From the NCBI RefSeq assembly GCF_001194135.2, contig NC_068994.1, positions 11,670,564-11,705,495 of the forward strand: a stretch of 34,932 nucleotides of DNA. Direction: 5' to 3'. Below, piece by piece: positions 19,615-31,246 of the stretch. Made by a program: the position numbers and the translations under genes. The notes beneath the pieces were generated by a model. That model was not told where the DNA came from. It searched no databases and worked only from the letters and a program-made list of their open reading frames with translations. This stretch comes from Octopus bimaculoides (Eukaryota). Numbering within the stretch: position 1 is the first letter of the stretch; each line of letters starts with the position of its first letter.

Positions 19615-20111
19615 CTGATTCAACTGGTGACTGCTGCCATAATCCTTGCCTTCAATTCCTCTCTGATGTTACAAGGAGTTTTGTTGGTCTCTCGCTCAAC
19701 TACGCCCCAGACATGATAATCAGTTTGGGGAGTTAATTGGCCAGATGTTAGGGGTGATATGGTTGCAGAAATTATCTGACAGCCAGGACTGAGTTCTTCT
19801 GCTTGTATGGCATGGTGCAGAGTCCTGTTGCCAGACATAAGGTCTTGCAGTAGCCACCCTATTCACCCACTGTTCTCCGATTGACACCCAAACACTCTGA
19901 ATTATTCGTATTGGAGCTTCCGGCGCGAATGCCAAGCAGTACGGCATGACGTTTCCAAATTTCTGGCCGAGTGAATTGCGCCATAGTGCTATCTTTCTCA
20001 CAGACGGTGCCCACACTACTATACTCTGTAGTTGACAAAATCAAAAACAAACGATGCGCATGCTCGAAATATTAAAATATAAAATGGCGACAATCTACCA
20101 ATCACACCCTG
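19615..20111 (-). mobile_element. Internally deleted DD37D (maT/mori-type) transposon
   Basis: Terminus TA|CAGGGTG at 20113-20105; N-terminal MAQFTRPEIWKRHAV.. fused to WQQDSAPCHTS..WPINSP..DYHVWG; motif spacing fits DD37D after allowing an ~11-bp deletion. Confidence 0.8.
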
Positions 20112-20121
20112 TATGTATGGA

Positions 20122-20444
20122 TACTCTTTACTCTTACTCTTACTTGTTTCAGTCATTTGATTGTGGCCATGCTGGAGCACCACCTTTAGTCGAGAAAATC
20201 GACAACAGGACTTATTCTTTAGAAGCCTAGTACTTATTCTATCGTTCTCTTTTGCCGAACCGCTAAGTTACGGGGACGTAAACACACCACCATCGGTTGT
20301 CAAGTGATGTTGGGGGAACAAACACAGACAAACAAACATATACACACATATATATATACACATATATACGACGGGCTTCTTTCAGTTTCCGTCTACGAAA
20401 TCCACTCACAAGGCTTTTGTCGGCCCGAGGCTATAGCAGAAGAC
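20122..20444 (-). mobile_element. SINE family A, young copy (body and 3' tail; head in gap)
   Basis: Full 3' module, internal (TA/CA) microsatellite, tail (AAGAGT)n. Confidence 0.9.
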
Positions 20445-21023
20445 NNNNNNNNNNNNNNNNNNNNNNNNNNNNNNNNNNNNNNNNNNNNNNNNNNNNNNNN
20501 NNNNNNNNNNNNNNNNNNNNNNNNNNNNNNNNNNNNNNNNNNNNNNNNNNNNNNNNNNNNNNNNNNNNNNNNNNNNNNNNNNNNNNNNNNNNNNNNNNNN
20601 NNNNNNNNNNNNNNNNNNNNNNNNNNNNNNNNNNNNNNNNNNNNNNNNNNNNNNNNNNNNNNNNNNNNNNNNNNNNNNNNNNNNNNNNNNNNNNNNNNNN
20701 NNNNNNNNNNNNNNNNNNNNNNNNNNNNNNNNNNNNNNNNNNNNNNNNNNNNNNNNNNNNNNNNNNNNNNNNNNNNNNNNNNNNNNNNNNNNNNNNNNNN
20801 NNNNNNNNNNNNNNNNNNNNNNNNNNNNNNNNNNNNNNNNNNNNNNNNNNNNNNNNNNNNNNNNNNNNNNNNNNNNNNNNNNNNNNNNNNNNNNNNNNNN
20901 NNNNNNNNNNNNNNNNNNNNNNNNNNNNNNNNNNNNNNNNNNNNNNNNNNNNNNNNNNNNNNNNNNNNNNNNNNNNNNNNNNNNNNNNNNNNNNNNNNNN
21001 NNNNNNNNNNNNNNNNNNNNNNN

Positions 21024-21069
<46 letters not shown>

Positions 21070-21399
21070 ACCAAGTTTATATATGTACAAAATTGATTTT
21101 CTTTATAGTTCACTATATTTCAACGCAGAGCATTTACAATAGGAGAGAGTGCAGTAGAACTCAAACTGTTTAAACATCAGTGTCTAGATAATTCAGATAT
21201 CCTCGTAGACCTAGTTTCGTGTTGATATCTCCCACGTCTATATAAACAGATAATCGATAGTGTGATACCAAGTGTAAATAATTTCCATGTGAATTCATGC
21301 AATAACGCAGCCATGTTTAGTGTGGAAAGCAAAATGAAAGGTATTGCCTACAGGCTTGTACTAATATAAGGTCGATTTAGCACCGGTATCTTCTTTGTT

Positions 21400-22640
21400 G
21401 TCGCTATCGTGTTTGTTGTTGTTGGTGGTGGCTCTGCTGGTGGTGGTGGTGCTGCTGGTGGTGGTGGTGCTGCTGGTGGTGCTGGTGGAGCTGGTGCTGG
21501 TGATTTTGTGTTACAGGATGAGGTGATGAGGTGGTGGTGATGGTGGTATTGGTGGTGGTGGTATTTGTGGTGGTGGTGGCAGCAGTGCTGATGATGTTCT
21601 TGGCATTGTTGCTGTTACTGTTGTAGTTGTTGCTTCTGCTGTTTGTTGTGGTGGAAGTGGTGCTTGTAGCAGTGTTAGTGTTGTTGTTGTTGTTGTTGTT
21701 GGTAGTGGTGGTGGTGGTGTTCGTCGTCGTCGTCGTGATGGTGGTAGTCGTGGTGGTGGTGGTGGTGGTGGTAGTCGTGGTGGTGGTGGTGGNNNNNNNN
21801 NNNNNNNNNNNNNNNNNNNNNNNNNNNNNNNNNNNNNNNNNNNNNNNNNNNNNNNNNNNNNNNNNNNNNNNNNNNNNNNNNNNNNNNNNNNNNNNNNNNN
21901 NNNNNNNNNNNNNNNNNNNNNNNNNNNNNNNNNNNNNNNNNNNNNNNNNNNNNNNNNNNNNNNNNNNNNNNNNNNNNNNNNNNNNNNNNNNNNNNNNNNN
22001 NNNNNNNNNNNNNNNNNNNNNNNNNNNNNNNNNNNNNNNNNNNNNNNNNNNNNNNNNNNNNNNNNNNNNNNNNNNNNNNNNNNNNNNNNNNNNNNNNNNN
22101 NNNNNNNNNNNNNNNNNNNNNNNNNNNNNNNNNNNNNNNNNNNNNNNNNNNNNNNNNNNNNNNNNNNNNNNNNNNNNNNNNNNNNNNNNNNNNNNNNNNN
22201 NNNNNNNNNNNNNNNNNNNNNNNNNNNNNNNNNNNNNNNNNNNNNNNNNNNNNNNNNNNNNNNNNNNNNNNNNNNNNNNNNNNNNNNNNNNNNNNNNNNN
22301 NNNNNNNNNNNNNNNNNNNNNNNNNNNNNNNNNNNNNNNNNNNNNNNNNNNNNNNNNNNNNNNNNNNNNNNNNNNNNNNNNNNNNNNNNNNNNNGGTGGT
22401 GGTGGTGATAATGGTGGTGGTCGTGGTGGTCGTGGTGGTCGTGGTGATGATGATGATGGTGATGATGATGATGATGATGATGATGACGGTGATGATGATG
22501 ATGGTGATGATAATGATGGTAAGGATGATGATAATGTTAATGATGACAATGGCGGTGATGGTGATGATGATGATGATGATGATGATGTTGATGAGGATGA
22601 TGACTATGATGATTATGGTGGTGATGATGATAATGGTGCA
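21400..22640. repeat. (GGT)n/(GTT)n/(GAT)n compound microsatellite around gap 21793-22395
   Basis: Direct reading. Confidence 0.95.
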
Positions 22641-22949
22641 TATTAGCGATTGCTATCTATGTACGTGAAGACCAGATCCGGCAGACTCTCTGCTGAAGAA
22701 ACCTTCATGGTTCAACAGAGTGGAAAGTGGTTGCCGCAATGCATTGTGGGGTGCAGAGAGCAAGATAAGGCAAATTAAACAATCTTGATCATCCGCTGCG
22801 TCCTTCTCCAATTCAAGACGCCTTGGCCCGGATTTGTCGCTGGATTGAAAGATGGTTGCGGAGAAGAGAACAAGGTTGGTGGTTTTGCAACTCTTCATCA
22901 CTTTAAACAAAGTCACCGTATGCGCCATCAACCATCCTTAACCCTCTTG

Positions 22950-23599
22950 TTTCTTTACTGCCCACAAGGGGCTAAACATAGAGGGGGACAAACAAGGACA
23001 GACAAGGGGATTAAGTCGATTACATCGACCCCAGTGCGTAACTGGTACTTAATTTATCGACGCCGAAAGGATGAAAGGCAAAGTCGACCTCGGCGGAATT
23101 TGAACTCAGTACGTAACGGCAGACGAAGCACCGCTAAGCATTTCGCCCGGCATGCTAAAGTTTCTTATTTCTTTATTGTCCACAAGGGGCTAAACATAGA
23201 AGGGGACAAACAAGGACAGACAAGTGGATTACATCGACCCCAGTGCGTAACTGGTACTTAATTTATCGACTCCGAAAGGATGAAAGGCAAAGTCGACCTC
23301 GGTGGAATTTGAACTCAGAACAGACGAAGCACCGCTAAGCATTTCGCCCAGCATGCTAACGTTTCTTATTTCTTTACTGCCCACAAGGGGCTAAACATAG
23401 AGGGGACAAACAAGGACAGACAAGGGGATTAAGTCGATTACATCGACTCCAGTGCATAACTGGTACTTATTTAATCGACCCCGAAAGGATAAAAGGCAAA
23501 GTCGACCTCAGCGGAATTTGAACTCAGAACGTAACGGCAGACGAAATACCGCTAAGAATTTCGCCCGGCATGCTAACGTTTCTGCCAGCTCGCTGCCTT
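22950..23599 (-). mobile_element. Head-to-tail trimer of SINE family B flanked by one 9-bp TSD
   Basis: Units ~22950-23165, 23166-23366, 23367-23599; A-box-like TGGCAGAAACGTTAG, B-box GAGTTCAAATTCC, central GCCTTTCATCCTTTCGGGGTCGATAAATTAAGTACCAG (Nin/Deu-like from recall); ACCCTCTTG at 22941-22949 and 23601-23609. Confidence 0.9.
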
Positions 23600-24010
23600 G
23601 ACCCTCTTGCGACATCCAGGCCGATTTATCGGCCCAGGTGATACAAACTGAAAGGACTCGGAGGCCGGTTCATCGGCTCAATGAAACAAATGTCGTGAAT
23701 GGATGGTTTTGAAGTGTAATGGCTAATCAGAGATCGTCTTACAGTAAATATATCTCAATAATGAAAAACAAATTGTTCCTTTTAGCTACACACAGAAAAA
23801 CCCCATGTCTCAAAAGAGTTACGAATGAACAGATGGTCCTTGTCTCTCCGACGGATGAACATGGATTGAGTTTGTTTGATTTATAGTTCGTTTGGTTTAT
23901 TTTTACTCAAATATTTACCAGTTTTCTGTTTTGTGTAGTATATTTTCTGTTATTTTCTTGTTTGGTTGTTTGAAGATGGGTTCTAATTCTCCTATTTGTG
24001 ATGGTGATCC

Positions 24011-24398
24011 GTGGAGGTGCAATGGACCACTGGTTAGGGCAGCGGACTCGCGGTCATAGGATCGCGGTTTCGATTCCCAGACCGGGCGTTGTGAGTGTTT
24101 ATTGAGCGAAAACACCTAAAAGCTCCACGAGGCTCCGGCAGGGGATGGTGGCGAACCATGCTGTACTCTTTCACTACAACTTTCTCTCACTCTTACTACC
24201 TGTTTCTGTTGTGCCTCTAATTCAAAGGGTCAGCCTTGTCACACTGTGTCACGCTGAATATCCCAGAGAACTACGTTAAGGGTACACGTGTCTGTGGAGT
24301 GCTCAGCCACTTGTACGCTAATTTCACGAGCAGGCTGTTCCGTTGATCGGATCAACTGGAACCCTCGACGTCGTAAGCGACGGAGTGCCAACAACAAC
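24011..24398 (+). mobile_element. Full-length SINE family C (tRNA-Arg-like head, (CAA)n tail)
   Basis: A-box-like TGGACCACTGGTTAG, B-box-like GGTTTCGATTCCC, two 3' stem-loops (GTTGATC-G-GATCAAC; CGTCG-TAAG-CGACG), tail CAACAACAAC. Confidence 0.85.
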
Positions 24399-24491
24399 GA
24401 TGTTTGACCCATCATATTGTAATTCGTCGCAGCTTTTTTTTTCATCTGATTGACAATTCCTGTTGTGTAATTGGGGTTGTATTTCCTTACC

Positions 24492-24668
24492 TCATAAAAC
24501 TTTCAAAACTTCGAGACGTGAAATAATATGGTTTTAATTGAGGAACTCGAACGAGATAGAGCTATAAATAACATGTAAATATTTACATGCAATTATTCAT
24601 AGCTGTGTCAACTTCCACTGTCAAAAACGAATGATTTTATGTCTCGTGAAGTTTATGAATTTCTATGA
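24492..24668. repeat. Degenerate ~177-bp palindromic (fold-back) element
   Basis: Perfect 18-bp centre CATGTAAATATTTACATG (24572-24589), flanking AGCTAT..ATAGCT, and symmetric outer arms containing AAACTT..CGAGAC / GTCTCG..AAGTTT. Confidence 0.65.
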
Positions 24669-25084
24669 CGTCAGCAACACACAATTCGCGCTCGTAAGAA
24701 CAAAACTAAAATCGATAGAGGTTTTCGGTTGATTGATTTGGTTCAATGGTAGAACGTCTGCAGGTGAGATGGTTTTCATTTCCATAGATATCTTTCGACC
24801 ATTTCCACCCAAAGTGTATCTGTTATTACCATAGGATATGTGTTGTATGGCTGCATCTATAATAATTGAGAAATTATTTGCAACATTTTGCCATAATTTT
24901 GTAGTATCTGGAACACAGCAGAAGGCCACAATACCAGGGGAAACTCTGAAGTGGTTAGCTTTGGAGATATGCGCATGCGTGCATTACTGTAGATTGTTTA
25001 ATGATGATGGTGGTGATGGCGGTGGCAGTGGTGGCCGTGGTGGTGGTAGTGATAGTGGTGGTGGTGGTGGTGGTGGTGGTGGTT

Positions 25085-25230
25085 CTTTCAGCAACTTTAA
25101 GGGGAGGGTTAAGTAGATTACAGCGACCCCTGTGTTCAAATGGAACATTTTTTTTTCGCCCCAAAAAGGAGGAAAAACAAAGTGGACCTCAGCGAACTTT
25201 GAACCTAGAACTTAAAAAGCTGGAAGAAAT
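25085..25230 (-). mobile_element. Old SINE family B fragment
   Basis: caaagtggacctcagcgaactttgaacc and gattacagcgacccc resemble family B; truncated by the gap. Confidence 0.6.
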
Positions 25231-26279
25231 NNNNNNNNNNNNNNNNNNNNNNNNNNNNNNNNNNNNNNNNNNNNNNNNNNNNNNNNNNNNNNNNNNNNNN
25301 NNNNNNNNNNNNNNNNNNNNNNNNNNNNNNNNNNNNNNNNNNNNNNNNNNNNNNNNNNNNNNNNNNNNNNNNNNNNNNNNNNNNNNNNNNNNNNNNNNNN
25401 NNNNNNNNNNNNNNNNNNNNNNNNNNNNNNNNNNNNNNNNNNNNNNNNNNNNNNNNNNNNNNNNNNNNNNNNNNNNNNNNNNNNNNNNNNNNNNNNNNNN
25501 NNNNNNNNNNNNNNNNNNNNNNNNNNNNNNNNNNNNNNNNNNNNNNNNNNNNNNNNNNNNNNNNNNNNNNNNNNNNNNNNNNNNNNNNNNNNNNNNNNNN
25601 NNNNNNNNNNNNNNNNNNNNNNNNNNNNNNNNNNNNNNNNNNNNNNNNNNNNNNNNNNNNNNNNNNNNNNNNNNNNNNNNNNNNNNNNNNNNNNNNNNNN
25701 NNNNNNNNNNNNNNNNNNNNNNNNNNNNNNNNNNNNNNNNNNNNNNNNNNNNNNNNNNNNNNNNNNNNNNNNNNNNNNNNNNNNNNNNNNNNNNNNNNNN
25801 NNNNNNNNNNNNNNNNNNNNNNNNNNNNNNNNNNNNNNNNNNNNNNNNNNNNNNNNNNNNNNNNNNNNNNNNNNNNNNNNNNNNNNNNNNNNNATATATA
25901 TATATATATATATATATACATACATACATACATACATACATTCATAATATATCTACATACATACATATATATATATCTATATACATGCATACATACACAC
26001 ATACATACATATATGCATATATGTATATAGTCTTTCCAAAATTTTCTACACATTTCAACAGCTAATTCAATATGTGAATGTATGTATGTATGTATGTATG
26101 TATGTATGTATGTATGTATGTATGTATATATATATACACGCAATATACATACATACACTTACCCTTCTGCGTACACACACGCATAACTACGCCAATTACA
26201 AGTGCGAAAATCAATGTACCAATGAGTGCTGTCGACGTTATTTACATCAACTGAGCAGCCTACCCCACTCGAAAACCAC

Positions 26280-28338
26280 CCGGCCACCCACCACCGACAG
26301 CACTAGCGCCTCCACAACTGCCATCACTACCACCACCACTACCGCTACGAACATCACCATTGCTAGTTCTTACAGTACCATTACCATCATAATCCTCACC
26401 CCTTATGTGATTGAAACTACCACTAGCCACTCCAGAACCGCTACTATCATAAACAATCTAGATTACCATGATTATCGGTACTATGACCATAGCCACCACA
26501 ACCACCACTAGCACCAGCGCCAGTACCAGCGCCAGCATCATCATCATCATCATCATCAGTACCACCATAAAGACTGCCACTGCTACATCTAGATTCATAT
26601 CAACATCAACACCACCACCCCTACCACTAGAACCAACCACCAAGACCACCACCATTATCACCACCACAATCATCACCACCGCCACCACTGCCACCATCAC
26701 CACCATTATCACCACCACCACCACAACGACAACGACCACCACCACCAAGATTACCACCACCAACACCACAACTATCACCACAACTACCATCACCACCATT
26801 ATCGCCACCACCACCATTTTCACTACTACAATCATCACCACCACCACAACGACGATGACCACCACCACCACCTCCCACAACCACCTACTACACCAACACC
26901 ATCACCACCAACACCTCGCACTACCACCCACTAACACCTCCAATTCCACCACAATCACCACTAACAACACCATTACCACCAACACCATCTACAACCACCC
27001 ACCATCACCGCCACTACCTCCCACAACCACCCACTACCACCCCCAACGCCATCACCACCAACACCACCTACAATAACCCACCACCACCATCACCGCCGCC
27101 GCCACCGCCTTTAACACAACCTCCTCCTCTGCCTCTACCTCCCACCAGCGACAAGAACAATCGAAGCGTGCTAAAATCCATCACTTCATGCATCGGCTCC
27201 TTCTCCTCCTCCTCCCACCCACCCACCTCACCTGTGCCACGCCACCCCTTCGCTCCNNNNNNNNNNNNNNNNNNNNNNNNNNNNNNNNNNNNNNNNNNNN
27301 NNNNNNNNNNNNNNNNNNNNNNNNNNNNNNNNNNNNNNNNNNNNNNNNNNNNNNNNNNNNNNNNNNNNNNNNNNNNNNNNNNNNNNNNNNNNNNNNNNNN
27401 NNNNNNNNNNNNNNNNNNNNNNNNNNNNNNNNNNNNNNNNNNNNNNNNNNNNNNNNNNNNNNNNNNNNNNNNNNNNNNNNNNNNNNNNNNNNNNNNNNNN
27501 NNNNNNNNNNNNNNNNNNNNNNNNNNNNNNNNNNNNNNNNNNNNNNNNNNNNNNNNNNNNNNNNNNNNNNNNNNNNNNNNNNNNNNNNNNNNNNNNNNNN
27601 NNNNNNNNNNNNNNNNNNNNNNNNNNNNNNNNNNNNNNNNNNNNNNNNNNNNNNNNNNNNNNNNNNNNNNNNNNNNNNNNNNNNNNNNNNNNNNNNNNNN
27701 NNNNNNNNNNNNNNNNNNNNNNNNNNNNNNNNNNNNNNNNNNNNNNNNNNNNNNNNNNNNNNNNNNNNNNNNNNNNNNNNNNNNNNNNNNNNNNNNNNNN
27801 NNNNNNNNNNNNNNNNNNNNNNNNNNNNNNNNNNNNNNNNNNNNNNNNNNNNNNNNNNNNNNNNNNNNNNNNNNNNNNNNNNNNNNNNNNNNNNNNNNNN
27901 NNNNNNNNNNNNNNNNNNNNNNNNNNNNNNNNNNNNNNNNNNNNNNNNNNNNNNNNNNNNNNNNNNNNNNNNNNNNNNNNNCACCATCACCACCACCGCT
28001 ACCACCAGCACCAACACCAACACCATCACCACCACCAACACCATCACCACCACCAACACCACCACCACCACCGCCAATAACATTCACTACAACAGCAATA
28101 ACAACACAAACACCACTACCACTACTACAACCTCTACCAATAACAAGAAAAACAAAACGATCACCATCACCACCACCACCACTGTATCACTAGCAATTAC
28201 CAATTATCAATTACCATTAAGCAACTAATTTTATAATATCCACCATGATCAGAACAGTAATCAACACCACCACCACAACAACCAGCACCAGTACCAACGC
28301 TTGGACAACAACAACAACCACTACTACTACTGCTGCTG

Positions 28339-28398
<60 letters not shown>

Positions 28399-29400
28399 TC
28401 ATCGCTGCTGCTGTTGCTACTGCTGTTACCAGAATCATAACTACCACCACCACTACCACCATCACCATCACCNNNNNNNNNNNNNNNNNNNNNNNNNNNN
28501 NNNNNNNNNNNNNNNNNNNNNNNNNNNNNNNNNNNNNNNNNNNNNNNNNNNNNNNNNNNNNNNNNNNNNNNNNNNNNNNNNNNNNNNNNNNNNNNNNNNN
28601 NNNNNNNNNNNNNNNNNNNNNNNNNNNNNNNNNNNNNNNNNNNNNNNNNNNNNNNNNNNNNNNNNNNNNNNNNNNNNNNNNNNNNNNNNNNNNNNNNNNN
28701 NNNNNNNNNNNNNNNNNNNNNNNNNNNNNNNNNNNNNNNNNNNNNNNNNNNNNNNNNNNNNNNNNNNNNNNNNNNNNNNNNNNNNNNNNNNNNNNNNNNN
28801 NNNNNNNNNNNNNNNNNNNNNNNNNNNNNNNNNNNNNNNNNNNNNNNNNNNNNNNNNNNNNNNNNNNNNNNNNNNNNNNNNNNNNNNNNNNNNNNNNNNN
28901 NNNNNNCCAGCGCTACCACCACAGCCGCCGCTGCCACCGCCACCGCCACCATCACTGCCACCCACCACTACCACCATTTAAATAACAACAAAACAAGAGC
29001 AACTACTACTACAACTACTACTGCTACTACTACAACTACTACTGCTACTACTACAACTACTACTGCTACTACTACAACTTTCTACTGCTACTGCTGCTGC
29101 TGTCGCCTCCACCACCACCGCCACCACCGTCACCACCAACTCAGTTACTATCACTATCATTAAACACACATGAACACCAATGACTAATTATCAATTACCT
29201 GTTGTTACGATCCAGTTTCACGAATTCCACCATCACCCTTACCATAACACCACTACCACCACCACCGCCACCACAGCCACCACCGCCACCACCACTACCA
29301 TCACCACTACCAATACCGCCGTCGTCACTTTCAATTACGAACACCCTCATTATCGCCATTAGCAATACCATCGGTACCCAACCCCTCTACATTCTCGTCT
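26280..29400. repeat. Long ACC/ACT/CAT low-complexity block with two gaps
   Basis: Direct reading; source of the poly-T/P/V/G ORFs. Confidence 0.93.
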
Positions 29401-29529
29401 ATTCACTTACTTCCACGCCACTGCATCACCACAATGGTCTCAAACGCTGATCATTATTACTAGAACCAATTAACCACCCACTGCTTTATCACCATCGTAC
29501 ACCAACACAAACAATTTCTGCCTGCATCA

Positions 29530-29721
29530 TTTCGTGGTTTCTGTTTCGATCCTACTGCGTTGCACCATCGGTAAATGTCTTCTGTCGGGGCTTCGGATCA
29601 ACGAAAACATCATGTACGAATAAGCTGTAGACAAAAATATTTAAAAAAAGAAAATAAGTAGCTTGCTTACAAACCACACGGTTCCAGGTTCAGTCCCACT
29701 GCGTGGCACCTTGGGCAAGTG
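29530..29721 (+). mobile_element. Two SINE family A head fragments (diverged 29530-29620; young 29655-29721 running into the gap)
   Basis: aagtagcttgctt..ggttcagtcccactgcgtggcaccttgggcaagtg, plus a decayed copy just upstream. Confidence 0.8.
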
Positions 29722-29821
29722 NNNNNNNNNNNNNNNNNNNNNNNNNNNNNNNNNNNNNNNNNNNNNNNNNNNNNNNNNNNNNNNNNNNNNNNNNNNNNNN
29801 NNNNNNNNNNNNNNNNNNNNN

Positions 29822-29861
<40 letters not shown>

Positions 29862-30799
29862 AACATACACATATACATATATATATATATAAGTGTGCGT
29901 GTGTGTATGTGCACCTTTTGTTTATTTTTTTATTTGTTTTACGTACTTTTCATTAGAGCAAATGTTTTTATCTCCCTTTGTACTATTTATATTAAATGAG
30001 GTAACTTTTTAACTTATACGGAACCTCTTTGGCCAAGCTAACAATAGACGTGTCTTCTCGTGTGTAGTTGATTAATTTCAATCAATCGACGATTAAAAAT
30101 TTTCCTTGTTGGCCATGTTTTCGGTTTACAGGCCTCGAATATGCTGTGACGGTATTTCAGTTTCTTTGGCGCCATCTTCTAACTAATTGTTCATTTTGAA
30201 AAGTGTAATCTCTCGCCACTAAGTCTATTGCATGCTGTCTTCTGATCCATTATATAACCAATATCAAACTAACCAAGTTTTATTTAAAATTTAAAATTTA
30301 CATTTAAAATGAAAATATATGTTCATTGGTGAAACATAAACACTTAAAAATTCACCAATGGAAACTTGAAAGTATATTCTAAGAGACACGTCGCTAAAAG
30401 AAATGAAAAAACTATACATCTATAAAGAATGTTTTCTAACCGATGCACGAATTCCAATAGATCTTTACATGGTCATTTCAATAGTTTGTGCTCCTCACAG
30501 TTTCAGGATTATGGTGGATGGTAGATTAAGATCACATGACGAGGTATACACAAAGAAAGTTGTATACAAAGAAGTGCTTCAAGGTCTTGCGTGTTTGCAT
30601 GGTTTTGTATTTTATGTGTTAGGTTTGCATGTTTCAGAAAAAAACTAAGGACTGAAGGTAAACAAAGCTTCATATTTTATATTTGAGAGGATTAATAATA
30701 AAGCTCGTTGATTAGTTATTATTAATTGTGTTCATGCAATATCTTGCAAGAAGCAAATCAGTCTACGTTTCCTCGCTACAGTATAGCAAGCGAGCTTAC

Positions 30800-31246
30800 T
30801 AATATGTTCTTTTCTACTCTAGGTACAAGGCCCGATATTTTTGGGGAGGGTCCAGTCGATTAGATTGACTCCAGTACACAACTGGTACTGAATTTATCGA
30901 CCCCGAAAGGATGAAAGGCAAAGTCGACCTTGGCGGAATTTGAACTCAGAACGTAAAGACAGACGAAATACCGCTAAGCATTTCGCCCGGCGTGCTAACG
31001 TTTCTGCCAGCTCACCGCCTTTAATATATTCTTTTCTACTCAAGGCACAAAACCCGAATTTTTGGAGGAGGAGGCCACTCGATTAGATCGGCCCAGTACG
31101 CAACTGGTACTTAATTTATTGACTCCGAAAGGATGAAAGGCAAAGTCGACCTCGGCGAAATTTGAACTCAGAACATAAGGACAGACGAAATACCGCTAAG
31201 CATTTCGCCCGGCCTGCTAACGTTTCTTATTTCTTTATTGCCCACA
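30800..31246 (-). mobile_element. SINE family B cluster: two units with alternative tail plus start of a type-1 tail
   Basis: 30800-31021 (full head), 31022-31227 (head clipped at AGAAAC), then tatttctttattgcccaca into the gap. Confidence 0.88.

Noticed and set aside
22640-22940. GC-richer unique segment with 92-aa and 158-aa ORFs
   Set aside because: No recognisable protein motif; the longer ORF simply reads into the antisense SINE trimer.
22950-23599. Regularly spaced repeats resembling a CRISPR array or satellite
   Set aside because: The units are ~200-230-bp SINE copies with no unique spacers, in a eukaryotic context.
24013-24085. Possible tRNA gene (also the heads at 9557, 19420-19490, 23510-23599)
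   Set aside because: A/B boxes are present but there is no complete cloverleaf, and each continues into a SINE body.
30324-30360. 10-bp perfect stem CATTGGTGAA/TTCACCAATG with 17-nt loop
   Set aside because: Short enough to occur by chance in this much AT-rich sequence.
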